A stretch of DNA of 24,065 nucleotides from a virus (IMGVR_UViG_3300032328_000306:1-24065), one strand, 5' to 3'. Shown: positions 7,099-15,361, numbered from the stretch's first letter. Numbers and translations are program-made. The notes: generated from the letters alone by a model not told the origin.

Positions 7099-7548
7099 AT
7101 GGGTTTAGATATGTACTTATATGCACAAAAGTTTGTATCTAATTCACCGCCATTCAAAGAAGGTACTAGGCATGAAGAGATTGTTGATGCACTAGATGCA
7201 CAAACCTTTGCCAAAGGTCACATCGTCACACAACTGGAAGTAGCATACTGGCGTAAGGCTAATGCTATACATGGTTGGTTTGTTGATGGAGAAGATGATG
7301 ACTGCTCACCTATACACGTACCACGTGAAAGTCTTGTAAGACTACGTGATACATGTAAAGAACTATTAACAGATAAAAATCCAGACGAAGCAAAAAAATT
7401 ACTGCCACCAGTAAGTGGATTCTTTTTTGGCTCAACAAATATAGATGAGTGGTATTGGGAAAATGTACAGGAAACTGCTACACTATTAGACAATATCCTA
7501 ACAGAGGTACCAGAAGACTGGTCCTTTGAATATCAAGCAAGTTGGTAA
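7099..7548 (+). CDS. Conserved phage hypothetical protein (MGLDMYL...YWRKANAIHGWF family)
   Basis: Recognisable motifs MGLDMYLY, YWRKANAIHGWF, GFFFGS and YQASW. GGAG RBS. Confidence 0.8.
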   Translation: MGLDMYLYAQKFVSNSPPFKEGTRHEEIVDALDAQTFAKGHIVTQLEVAYWRKANAIHGWFVDGEDDDCSPIHVPRESLVRLRDTCKELLTDKNPDEAKKLLPPVSGFFFGSTNIDEWYWENVQETATLLDNILTEVPEDWSFEYQASW

Positions 7549-7551
7549 TGT

Positions 7552-7686
7552 ATGTTAAAAATACGTAACCCATTCTATTGGGTAAAGAACGGTAAAATAA
7601 CACTAGTATGTGCTCATTGTTCCCGTTCTTTTACAGTAGACAAACAGTATATGAGGGTAGTAAACTACTGCCTCATATGTAAATAA
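7552..7686 (+). CDS. Zinc-ribbon microprotein (44 aa)
   Basis: MLKIRNPFYWVKNGKITLVCAHCSRSFTVDKQYMRVVNYCLICK fills the gap between neighbouring genes. Confidence 0.6.
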   Translation: MLKIRNPFYWVKNGKITLVCAHCSRSFTVDKQYMRVVNYCLICK

Positions 7687-7697
7687 GAGAGGATAAC

Positions 7698-8708
7698 ATG
7701 GCAACAGATATAGCAAGCAAGCACAAGTCTGCTTGGGTACGAGGTGGCACTGCAGTAACAGCCACCTCTGCTGGAATGGCAGCCACACAAGCAGGACTTA
7801 ACTGGACTGTACGTGAGGGTGAACTACAAGCAGTAAGTACACCGCTACTAGTAGATGAGGATGGTGTAACACCAGCCACATATATAGATGTACCAAAGAA
7901 GAAGGCTATTATCCGTGAGGATAGTAACTCAGTCATTGGTATTGTTGGTAGCAAGTATAAGATTGTCCAAAACATGGAAGTCTTTAATGCATTAGATACA
8001 CTAGTAGACTCAGGTGATGCACGTTATTGTGCAGCAGGTGAGTATAACAATGGCTCTAACATCTGGATGCTACTTGAAATACCACAAGGTGTAACAGTAG
8101 CCAATGACCCACACGCTGCATTCCTACTAGTTAAGTCATCACATGATGGCTCATCATCTGTAGTTATTAAGCCAGTCATTGAGCGCCTATGGTGTGCTAA
8201 CCAAGTCAATGGTTTGATTAGCAACAAGACAGGTGTACGCAATCACAAGTACAATGAGTACACATATCGTATGTCACATACAACTAACCAAGAACTATCT
8301 ATTGCTGACATCCGTAACATTACTCAGTTAACTTATACTGCTATCCAAGATTATGAAGCAACAGCCAACGCGTTGTTACAGAATAAGATGACAAGAGAAC
8401 AGACAGTTAACTTCTTCAAGCGTGTATGGGCACTGCCTAGTACAGTAGAAGATACACCTTATGACTTACTCACACGTGGTGAGCGCAAGCAACAGACCAT
8501 TGCTAAAGAAGCACGCGCTAAAGCGTGGGCTATTTACAATGAATCAGAAACACAGGAGAACATCAGAGGTACAGCCTTTGGTGCGTGGCATGCAGTGGTA
8601 GAATTTGCTGACCACTATGCAACGGGTGGCGCGGAGCGCCTTGCCGCCGCTACCTTGAGTGGTCGTAATGACAGAGTAAAGACTAAAGCATTGTCTTTAC
8701 TTGTATAA
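7698..8708 (+). CDS. DUF932 / TIGR03299-like phage-plasmid protein
   Basis: Motifs AGLNWTV, GIVGSKYKIVQN.E.F, SHDGSSS, RLWCANQ and GTAFGAWHAVVEFADH. Confidence 0.88.
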   Translation: MATDIASKHKSAWVRGGTAVTATSAGMAATQAGLNWTVREGELQAVSTPLLVDEDGVTPATYIDVPKKKAIIREDSNSVIGIVGSKYKIVQNMEVFNALDTLVDSGDARYCAAGEYNNGSNIWMLLEIPQGVTVANDPHAAFLLVKSSHDGSSSVVIKPVIERLWCANQVNGLISNKTGVRNHKYNEYTYRMSHTTNQELSIADIRNITQLTYTAIQDYEATANALLQNKMTREQTVNFFKRVWALPSTVEDTPYDLLTRGERKQQTIAKEARAKAWAIYNESETQENIRGTAFGAWHAVVEFADHYATGGAERLAAATLSGRNDRVKTKALSLLV

Positions 8709-8710
8709 TA

Positions 8711-8823
8711 GAGTTCCCAATAACATGGGGGGAACAGGTATAGTGAACCAGCGTAAGGTGCTGACATAACACCGAGATGCAGGTAGTTTATACCATCACC
8801 TGAGTATGTGATTAAACTGCTCA
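8711..8823 (+). ncRNA. Candidate structured cis-regulatory RNA ending in an H-type pseudoknot
   Basis: Hairpin GTTCCC/GGGAAC, a multi-stem domain closed by GGTATA/TATACC, and a pseudoknot made of ATCAC/GTGAT plus TGAGTA/TGCTCA just upstream of an RBS. Confidence 0.5.
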
Positions 8824-8843
8824 TCCAACTAAGAGAGGAAGAT

Positions 8844-9263
8844 ATGAACACAATCCAAATCAATACAGAAGAAGGCACAATAAACTATACTGAGGCTGAA
8901 GTTATCCGCTTCATCGAACGAGCAAAGGACACAGATGCAGTCCAACAACGTGCCGACAAATACTTCCAAGACATCCGTAACATTCGTCATGAAGTCCGTG
9001 ACTTCTTCAGTGAAGGTGAATGGAGTAACGGTGAAACAACTGTCAACAAATCAGATGTTAATGCCATGCTTGAACGCATCGGCGCTAACAAACTCACAAG
9101 CACATACACTGGAACGTTTACTATCAATGGTACCTTCAGCGTAGAAGCAGAAGATGAAGAGACAGCAACAGGATTACTAACAGATGATATTACTGTTGAG
9201 TTCTACGGTGGCGATATAGAAGTAGATAGTATCGACATCCATGACATGGAAGAAGATAACTAA
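8844..9263 (+). CDS. Hypothetical acidic protein
   Basis: ATG at 8844 follows AGAGGAAG, which is preferred over the GTG at 8808 inside the pseudoknot. Confidence 0.75.
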   Translation: MNTIQINTEEGTINYTEAEVIRFIERAKDTDAVQQRADKYFQDIRNIRHEVRDFFSEGEWSNGETTVNKSDVNAMLERIGANKLTSTYTGTFTINGTFSVEAEDEETATGLLTDDITVEFYGGDIEVDSIDIHDMEEDN

Positions 9264-9451
9264 TGCTAGGTTATGACAAATCTGATTTAGATATGATGAT
9301 TGCATCTATTAACATTGCATCTAAACAGTTAAACAACTCAGGTATTGCAAAACAATTAAATGTTGTATCTTGTTTTTTACATGGGTTATATGTAGAAGGA
9401 TACTTTGATGATAATAATTCTTGGGTTATCAGTGAAAAAGTATCTTCATGA
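9263..9451 (+). CDS. Hypothetical protein
   Basis: TAATG and ATGA coupling on the two sides. Confidence 0.65.
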   Translation: MLGYDKSDLDMMIASINIASKQLNNSGIAKQLNVVSCFLHGLYVEGYFDDNNSWVISEKVSS

Positions 9452-9819
9452 CAGCGTTCGTTCCATATAATGGAACAGCAGGCTGGTCGGGTACAGATAC
9501 ATCTAAGTTACGTGCAGTAGAAAACCTTGTATCAGGTCGGGAACAGAACCGACAGGAACAAGCATTGTTTTTACTGAAAGAAGCAAATACTAATGGGTTG
9601 ACATGGAAAGAAATGTCAGCATTAACAGGATGGCATCACGGTACCACCAGTGGTATTCTTTCAGTGTTGCACCAATCAGGTGCAATAGTAAGACAATATA
9701 AAACACGTAACAGATGTAAGATATACATGCACCAAAACTTTAAGGGTAGTATGTTAGTAGAAGAATATAAAAAAAGAGAACGACTTTGCCCACACTGTGG
9801 CAATGACATCAATGCATAA
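9448..9819 (+). CDS. Winged-helix DNA-binding protein with a C-terminal CPHC knuckle
   Basis: GLTWKEMSALTGWHHGTTSGILSVLHQSGAIV fits a wHTH pattern. Confidence 0.65.
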   Translation: MTAFVPYNGTAGWSGTDTSKLRAVENLVSGREQNRQEQALFLLKEANTNGLTWKEMSALTGWHHGTTSGILSVLHQSGAIVRQYKTRNRCKIYMHQNFKGSMLVEEYKKRERLCPHCGNDINA

Positions 9820-9894
9820 GCCGTCACTTATGCTATGATGACAGGACTAATAGGTGGTAGGTTTCTCTCTCTTTTCCCTACCCCTATTAGTTTT
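9814..9894 (+). promoter_or_regulatory. Putative promoter (extended -10 TGC-TATGAT) with an overlapping inverted repeat, followed by a leader hairpin
   Basis: GCATAAG-N6-CTTATGC (9814-9833), TATGAT (9834-9839), and stem ACTAATAGGTGGTAGG/CCTACCCCTATTAGT (9846-9891). Confidence 0.5.
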
Positions 9895-9908
9895 AACAAA
9901 GGAGAAGC

Positions 9909-10682
9909 ATGGCAGAAGTAGAGATAGCCAGAGATAGATACGGTAGACCAATGGTTGTGCCACCTAAAGGTGGTAAGCCAGTACCATACACACGCACAAC
10001 TACAGTTGCAGGTTCATTAGATGATGGCACTGCATTAGTTGCATGGAAGTTACGCATGGCAGCAGCAGGTTTAACATTACGACCTGACCTACTGTTGGCT
10101 GCAAGTGCACATCGTGATAACAAGTTAGAGATGGACAAGTTAGTTGAAGATGCAATGGAAGCAGCAGGTGCTACCAAGCAAGCAACTATAGGAACAGCCA
10201 TACATACGCTAACAGAAAAGTATGATAGAGGTGAAAACCTAGGTGTTATTCCTGATGAATATGTAGCAGACATACAAGCATACGCAGAAGCAACAAAAAA
10301 CTTTGAGAATGTAAACATAGAACAGTTCTGCGTACTAGATAAGTTTAAAATTGCAGGTACACCTGACCGTGTAGTTAGATACAAAGGTGAACTGTTTATC
10401 TCTGACTTAAAAACAGGTAGCATCAGTTACCCAAACAAAATTGCTATGCAGTTAGCAGTGTATGCACACGGCTTGCCGTATGACCATGCTACGGCAACCC
10501 GTGGTTCATGGGGTGATGTCAACCAAGATAAAGGAATCATTGTGCATCTACCAGCAGGTGGTGGACAATGCGAATTACATTTCGTTGACATCAAAGAAGG
10601 TTGGAAAGGTATACAATTAGCAATGAAAGTACGTACCTTCCGAGATACAAAGAAAAAACTAGTCACATCAATTAAGGAGTAA
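9909..10682 (+). CDS. PD-(D/E)XK exonuclease (RecB/Cas4-like phage recombination nuclease)
   Basis: Motifs GTAIH, AGTPDR, ISDLKTG and QLAVYA. Confidence 0.85.
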   Translation: MAEVEIARDRYGRPMVVPPKGGKPVPYTRTTTVAGSLDDGTALVAWKLRMAAAGLTLRPDLLLAASAHRDNKLEMDKLVEDAMEAAGATKQATIGTAIHTLTEKYDRGENLGVIPDEYVADIQAYAEATKNFENVNIEQFCVLDKFKIAGTPDRVVRYKGELFISDLKTGSISYPNKIAMQLAVYAHGLPYDHATATRGSWGDVNQDKGIIVHLPAGGGQCELHFVDIKEGWKGIQLAMKVRTFRDTKKKLVTSIKE

Positions 10683-10683
10683 C

Positions 10684-11133
10684 GTGACCCACACAGAAGC
10701 ACCTATCAGCATCACCGTTAAATCAGCAGCAGGTTCGCTTATTACATTACGTGCGTCTAGCGCAGAAGAGTTAGACCAATCGGTTGCACTATCACTTGCA
10801 TCACTAGCATCTGCAACTACAGAGTTAGAAGCAGCAGTACGTGGTAGCAATGCAGCAGTACCACCACAACCAGCAACAGCAACAGTTGCAGCAGCGTTTA
10901 ACGCTACAGTAATTGATTCAGCGCCATCAGCAGTGCCAGGTTCAGGAACACGTTCTTGTCCTCACGGTACTATGACACGTATCCATGGACTAACAGGTAA
11001 GTTCGGTCCATACAAAGGACACTTCTGCCCTGCTAAACAAGGCGACCCAACTAAGTGTGTGCCTGCAAATATCTATGTTAAACAGAACTCACCTGAATGG
11101 AATTCATTCCAGCCAGACCAAACAAAGGCATAA
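10684..11133 (+). CDS. Actinophage protein with an Ala/Pro linker and a C-terminal Zn-binding domain (possible ssDNA-binding or recombination partner)
   Basis: CPHG..GKFGPYKGHFC..C motif, GTG start after AAGGAG, located between the exonuclease and the ATPase as in Cluster-A-like phages. Confidence 0.65.
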   Translation: MTHTEAPISITVKSAAGSLITLRASSAEELDQSVALSLASLASATTELEAAVRGSNAAVPPQPATATVAAAFNATVIDSAPSAVPGSGTRSCPHGTMTRIHGLTGKFGPYKGHFCPAKQGDPTKCVPANIYVKQNSPEWNSFQPDQTKA

Positions 11134-11949
11134 ATGAAAACACTACGCCGTAGTATCGGTAAGCCAGAAGTAGGTGGGGAGCCATTAGCCCCACCTTTTC
11201 AGGCTTTCCAACGTGAAGGTATGATTCTGCGAAGAGCAGAAGTTACTGTCATAGCAGGTACTCCAGGCGCAGGTAAGTCTAGTATTGCATTACATATCGC
11301 AGCAAGATTAAAACAACCGACATTATATTTCTCTGCTGATACTAATGCACATACTATGGCTATGCGTTTGCTTGCAATGAAAGCAAAAATACCGCAGTCA
11401 CAAGCCGAGTACATGTTAAAAACACAGCCAGCACAAGCAGAAGAACTCTTACGAGAGTTCGGTAATCTTTACTGGTCATTTGAACCTAGCCCCACACTCA
11501 AAGATTTAGATGAAGAAGTATCTGCATTTGAAACTATGTGGGGAAGAAGTCCTACGCTTATCGTGGTAGATAACCTTATGGATATAGCGATAGATGGACA
11601 TGAAGAGTTTGCTGGTATGCGTGCAGTAATGAAAGAACTTAAGTATCTTGCAAGAGATACCAACGCATGCGTATTAGTGTTACACCACACCAAAGAAGGT
11701 GCGCAAGGTTTTCCTTGCCAACCACGCTCAGCATTACAAGGTATGGTTAGTCAGATACCAGCGATGGTACTAACAGTAGGACAGATGATGCAGGGACAAG
11801 ACATATACTTATGTGTCGCATCTGTTAAGAATCGTTATGGTAGAGCAGACCACACAGGTAATACCTACATCCCATTATCATTTGAGCCTGGCTCTATGTA
11901 TCTAGAAGATGTAGTACGAGACTATAGACAAACGGAGATGACAGTATAA
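11134..11949 (+). CDS. DnaB/RecA-family ATPase (helicase-like, C-terminal domain only)
   Basis: Walker A GTPGAGKS, Walker B LIVVDNL, VLVLHH and the KNRYG arginine-finger motif. Confidence 0.88.
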   Translation: MKTLRRSIGKPEVGGEPLAPPFQAFQREGMILRRAEVTVIAGTPGAGKSSIALHIAARLKQPTLYFSADTNAHTMAMRLLAMKAKIPQSQAEYMLKTQPAQAEELLREFGNLYWSFEPSPTLKDLDEEVSAFETMWGRSPTLIVVDNLMDIAIDGHEEFAGMRAVMKELKYLARDTNACVLVLHHTKEGAQGFPCQPRSALQGMVSQIPAMVLTVGQMMQGQDIYLCVASVKNRYGRADHTGNTYIPLSFEPGSMYLEDVVRDYRQTEMTV

Positions 11950-12092
11950 TGCCTAAATATAGAGTTACTTATTCACAATACAAAGTAAAAGTTATTCGTG
12001 CTTCTTCATTAAAGATAGCAGAAGAACGTGCAAAGAAAGCAGAAACAGGACGTTGGGAACTAACAGAAGTTAGGGACGAACCCAACAAATGA
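11949..12092 (+). CDS. Basic microprotein (47 aa)
   Basis: TAATG/ATGA coupled. MPKYRVTYSQYKVKVIRASSLKIAEERAKKAETGRWELTEVRDEPNK. Confidence 0.7.
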   Translation: MPKYRVTYSQYKVKVIRASSLKIAEERAKKAETGRWELTEVRDEPNK

Positions 12093-12436
12093 GTAGCGCA
12101 GCCAAAGCCAAAGGCTCAGGAGCCGAACGTGATGTAGTTAAGTACCTCAAAGAATGGTTTCCTTATGTTGATAGGCGATTGGCTGGTGCTACATTAGATA
12201 AGGGTGACATCTCAGGTATACCTGGAGTTACAATTGAAATTAAAAACCACGCCAAGATGGACTTGGCGGGATGGACTGAAGAGTTGTTAACCGAAATGGC
12301 TAACGATAAAGCATGGACGGGCGTGGTGTGGCACAAACGTAAGGGCAAGGGGAGTCCTGGGGAATGGTACTGCACCATGCCTGGTCATGTATGGGTAGAT
12401 TTATTAAGGAGAGCACTTGGAGAAACCAAGCATTGA
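12089..12436 (+). CDS. Holliday junction resolvase, Hjc-like PD-(D/E)XK fold
   Basis: KGSGAER..GDI..IEIKN motif. Confidence 0.8.
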   Translation: MSSAAKAKGSGAERDVVKYLKEWFPYVDRRLAGATLDKGDISGIPGVTIEIKNHAKMDLAGWTEELLTEMANDKAWTGVVWHKRKGKGSPGEWYCTMPGHVWVDLLRRALGETKH

Positions 12437-12794
12437 AGAGTATCTCCGTTACATAGGAGCAGATACACCAGCAGTTAATAGCGGTTGGCGTAAGATGAAG
12501 TGTCCATTTCATAACGACACACATGCAAGCGCAGCAGTAAATTATGATAAGAACGCCTTTGTCTGCCACGGGTGTGGTGTCAAAGGCGATACTTATTCAT
12601 TGATTATGTACAAGGAAGGTGGAGATTATCGTGAGGCTGTCCAGTTCGCAACGTCAGTTCTTGTTGCAGGCAACACAGAGATACGCGGGGAAGATAGAAC
12701 TCGCACAAGAGTATCTTTCAAACCGCAGTCTATCGGTAGAAGAGGCAAGCATCTTTCATCTGGGAGTGGTAGACGACCCTCTGCCAGGGCATGA
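12417..12794 (+). CDS. DNA primase zinc-binding (CHC2) domain protein
   Basis: CPFHNDTHASA..FVCHGCGVKGD..LIM..EG.DYREAV. TTG start after AAGGAG. Confidence 0.85.
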   Translation: MEKPSIEEYLRYIGADTPAVNSGWRKMKCPFHNDTHASAAVNYDKNAFVCHGCGVKGDTYSLIMYKEGGDYREAVQFATSVLVAGNTEIRGEDRTRTRVSFKPQSIGRRGKHLSSGSGRRPSARA

Positions 12795-13263
12795 AGCATA
12801 TAAAGGTAGACTAGCAATCCCATACATAACACCATCAGGTGTAGTTGATATTAGATTTCGTGGTATGGGTAATGAAGACCCAAAGTATATGGGGTTAGTT
12901 GGTGCTAAAACTACAATGTTTAATACACAAGCATGCTTTGTTGGCGATAGATATATCTGCGTAACCGAAGGTGAGTTTGATTGTATTATGATGTCAGTTA
13001 AAACTGCACATCCAACCATTGGTATTCCTGGTGCTAACAATTGGAAGTCACACTATGCCAAAATACTAGATGACTTTGAAATTGTTGTAGTGTTGGCTGA
13101 TGGAGATGCAGCAGGCTTAGAGTTTGGCAAGAAGATAAGCAGAGAGTTAGGTAATGTTAATATCATTAGCATGCCTGAAGGTGAAGATGTAAACAGCATG
13201 ATGACTAAGAGAGGCAGTGAATGGATTGACCAACGAATCAGAGAATGCATTACCAATGGATAG
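12631..13263 (+). CDS. DNA primase catalytic TOPRIM domain protein
   Basis: GRLAIPY, PKY, VTEGEFD, LADGDAAG and DVN motifs. GTG at 12631 with GGAG 6 nt upstream. Confidence 0.88.
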   Translation: MRLSSSQRQFLLQATQRYAGKIELAQEYLSNRSLSVEEASIFHLGVVDDPLPGHEAYKGRLAIPYITPSGVVDIRFRGMGNEDPKYMGLVGAKTTMFNTQACFVGDRYICVTEGEFDCIMMSVKTAHPTIGIPGANNWKSHYAKILDDFEIVVVLADGDAAGLEFGKKISRELGNVNIISMPEGEDVNSMMTKRGSEWIDQRIRECITNG

Positions 13264-13537
13264 CAGTATATGGAAACACATTGAACATATGGATATGTCC
13301 ATAGGTATACCAGTATCAGACGCAAAAACATTAGACATACTGGCAGCACTAGAAGATATTCACACAGCAATAGATGAAGACCCAGAAGATGCAAAGCACT
13401 GCGTCATAGCACTGGCTGCTATATTTGTAGCCTCTACTGTAGGTAAGGCAGATATAATCTGGCAAGAGTACGCAATCAGAGAAGCAATGCAAACCCTAGA
13501 CGAATCCCTTAAGGAGATACTCGATGAAGAATCGTGA
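13256..13537 (+). CDS. Hypothetical protein
   Basis: Likely ATG at 13256 (MDSSIWKH...), giving an 8-nt overlap with the primase gene. Confidence 0.7.
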   Translation: MDSSIWKHIEHMDMSIGIPVSDAKTLDILAALEDIHTAIDEDPEDAKHCVIALAAIFVASTVGKADIIWQEYAIREAMQTLDESLKEILDEES

Positions 13538-13811
13538 CAATGCATATGCAATCGTATATGAATTATTAGATATTCTATTTAAAAAACATGATGACTATGG
13601 TCCAATGAACATAGCAGGTGCACCAGGTGGTGCCATGAATGGACTGCGAGTACGCATGTATGACAAGTTGGCACGGCTATCCCACCTTGGAGATAACGAC
13701 ACGCCGAACTACGAATCTATTGAGGATACACTGATTGACCTTGCAAACTATGCCATAATCGGGTTACTAGTCCAACGTGGACAGTGGGAAGGTATCCCGA
13801 ATGGAGATTAA
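13524..13811 (+). CDS. Nucleotide-modification-associated domain 1 (DUF1599-like, all-alpha NTP pyrophosphohydrolase fold)
   Basis: KKHDDYG..RMYDKLARL..ESIEDTLIDLANYAII. Confidence 0.8.
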   Translation: MKNRDNAYAIVYELLDILFKKHDDYGPMNIAGAPGGAMNGLRVRMYDKLARLSHLGDNDTPNYESIEDTLIDLANYAIIGLLVQRGQWEGIPNGD

Positions 13812-13813
13812 GT

Positions 13814-14551
13814 GTGAAACGAGTAGTAGTCCTCAGCGATTTACAGATACCGTATCAACATAATAAAACCGTAGATGCAACGATAGAGTTTATTCAAGAC
13901 TACAAACCAGATGAACTCTGGTGCGTAGGAGACGAACTAGATGCACCCGAACCTAGTCGTTGGAACAAAGGCATGGCGGGTGAATACGCAGAAACACTGC
14001 AAGATGGAATAGATTTAACGCACGACATAATGGCTCGTTACCGTAAAGCATTAGGTAACAAGCCATTTTACATTCAACGCAGCAATCACACAGACCGCAT
14101 AGATACATACATGCGCAAGTATGCGCCAGCCTTTTCTTCTCTGCGGTCTTTGGAGATAGAAGAATTACTTGGCTATGAGAAATTAAAAATTACATATCTA
14201 CATCGTATGCATGAACTGTTACCTGGTTGGGTAATGGCACATGGTGATGAGGGTGCACTTAACCGTGCGCCTGGTGCTACAGCATTAAACCTAGCCAAGC
14301 GTTTAGGTAAGTCTGTAGTATGTGGACACACGCATCGCGTAGGATTACAACATGAAACCACTGGCTTCTATGGTAAAACAAATACATTATATGGTTTAGA
14401 AATCGGGCATATGATGGACATCAAGCAGGCTAGTTATCTTACTTCAGGCAGCGCCAACTGGCAGCATGGCATAGGCATACTAGTGGAAAACAACAACAAG
14501 GTAACCCCATTTGCTGTTCCCATTGTAAATGGTGAGGTAATCATTCCTTAA
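13814..14551 (+). CDS. Calcineurin-like metallophosphoesterase
   Basis: SDLQ, GDELD, SNH, AHGD and GHTH motifs. GTG at 13814 after GGAG. Confidence 0.9.
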   Translation: MKRVVVLSDLQIPYQHNKTVDATIEFIQDYKPDELWCVGDELDAPEPSRWNKGMAGEYAETLQDGIDLTHDIMARYRKALGNKPFYIQRSNHTDRIDTYMRKYAPAFSSLRSLEIEELLGYEKLKITYLHRMHELLPGWVMAHGDEGALNRAPGATALNLAKRLGKSVVCGHTHRVGLQHETTGFYGKTNTLYGLEIGHMMDIKQASYLTSGSANWQHGIGILVENNNKVTPFAVPIVNGEVIIP

Positions 14552-15192
14552 TGAATTACATACAAGAGTATAACGATATGGTACAGACTCTTGCTACTGA
14601 TTACTCACGTAAGTATACAATGCTTGACCGTGATGATATAGCACAAGAGTTGTGGGTGTGGTTTGTTGCGCACCCGCGCAAGTACAAAGAATGGTGTGAC
14701 CTAGAACAAAAAAACCGTGATAAGTTAATTGCTAAGTCATTACGTAATGCAGCAATTACTTATTGTGAACGTGAAAAAGCACGCAAGATTGGCTACGATA
14801 CATCAGACTTATACTACTATGATGTATCAGTAGTTGAAGCCTTTTTACCTTCTATTATTAGCGGAACATATGTAATACCTGTAAAAATTCAAGACATTAA
14901 TGCTAAGTTTGGAAGTGGTGGCATATCAGATGGCAACAACTGGTTAGCACTACGCTCAGATATAGCAACAGGTTATTACAAACTATCAGAAGCAAAACAA
15001 AATGTACTACGTTTACGTTTTAGTATAGAGCAACCCGACTGGGCAACTCTTGCTAAAGACATGGACAGTACACCAGAAGGTGCACGCAAAAAAGTAGAAC
15101 GTGCACTCAACTCATTGGTTAAAAACTTAGGTGGTTGGAAAGCGTATCGTGATGAAGAAACGCCTAGCCAAGAGTCTGAAAAAAATGAATGA
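14551..15192 (+). CDS. Phage-encoded sigma70-family (ECF-like) factor
   Basis: Region-2-like DRDDIAQELWVWF and region-4 HTH LSEAKQNVLRLRF..WATLAKDMDSTPEGARKKVERALNSL. Confidence 0.75.
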   Translation: MNYIQEYNDMVQTLATDYSRKYTMLDRDDIAQELWVWFVAHPRKYKEWCDLEQKNRDKLIAKSLRNAAITYCEREKARKIGYDTSDLYYYDVSVVEAFLPSIISGTYVIPVKIQDINAKFGSGGISDGNNWLALRSDIATGYYKLSEAKQNVLRLRFSIEQPDWATLAKDMDSTPEGARKKVERALNSLVKNLGGWKAYRDEETPSQESEKNE

Positions 15193-15361
15193 CCTAAGAG
15201 GCGAACCAACGTTCGCATGTATATGTGGCTGTAAAATGTTTAGAGTTACAGTTATGTGGGATGAAGATACTAGAGCAGTAGGTTGGTATGATTTAGCCCA
15301 AGAATGTATAGATTGTGGGACAGTTACAACTGCTCCTACTGATATAGATGGATGTGAGTAA
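15185..15361 (+). CDS. Zinc-binding small protein (DLRG.PT..C.CG...C..CG)
   Basis: Likely ATG at 15185, Cys motifs, TAATG coupling to the next gene. Confidence 0.7.
   Translation: MNDLRGEPTFACICGCKMFRVTVMWDEDTRAVGWYDLAQECIDCGTVTTAPTDIDGCE

Noticed and set aside
8737-8794. Hammerhead, twister or tRNA identity for the structured RNA
   Set aside because: I could not find the CUGANGA/GAAA core, the twister consensus or a T-loop GTTCRA cloverleaf on either strand.
10473-10497. Intragenic inverted repeat TTGCCGTA-N9-TACGGCAA (and a similar imperfect one at about 3691-3718)
   Set aside because: A single short dyad in coding sequence without a U-tract or recurrence is compatible with chance.
9909-10682. 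Cas4-like nuclease suggesting a CRISPR system
   Set aside because: No repeat-spacer array or other cas genes are present, the Fe-S Cys cluster is absent, and the context is a standard phage recombination module.
4001-15218. Minus-strand ORFs inside the early arm (for example 9893-10423, 7673-7975, 13053-13394)
   Set aside because: They are antisense shadows of well-supported, tightly coupled plus-strand genes.
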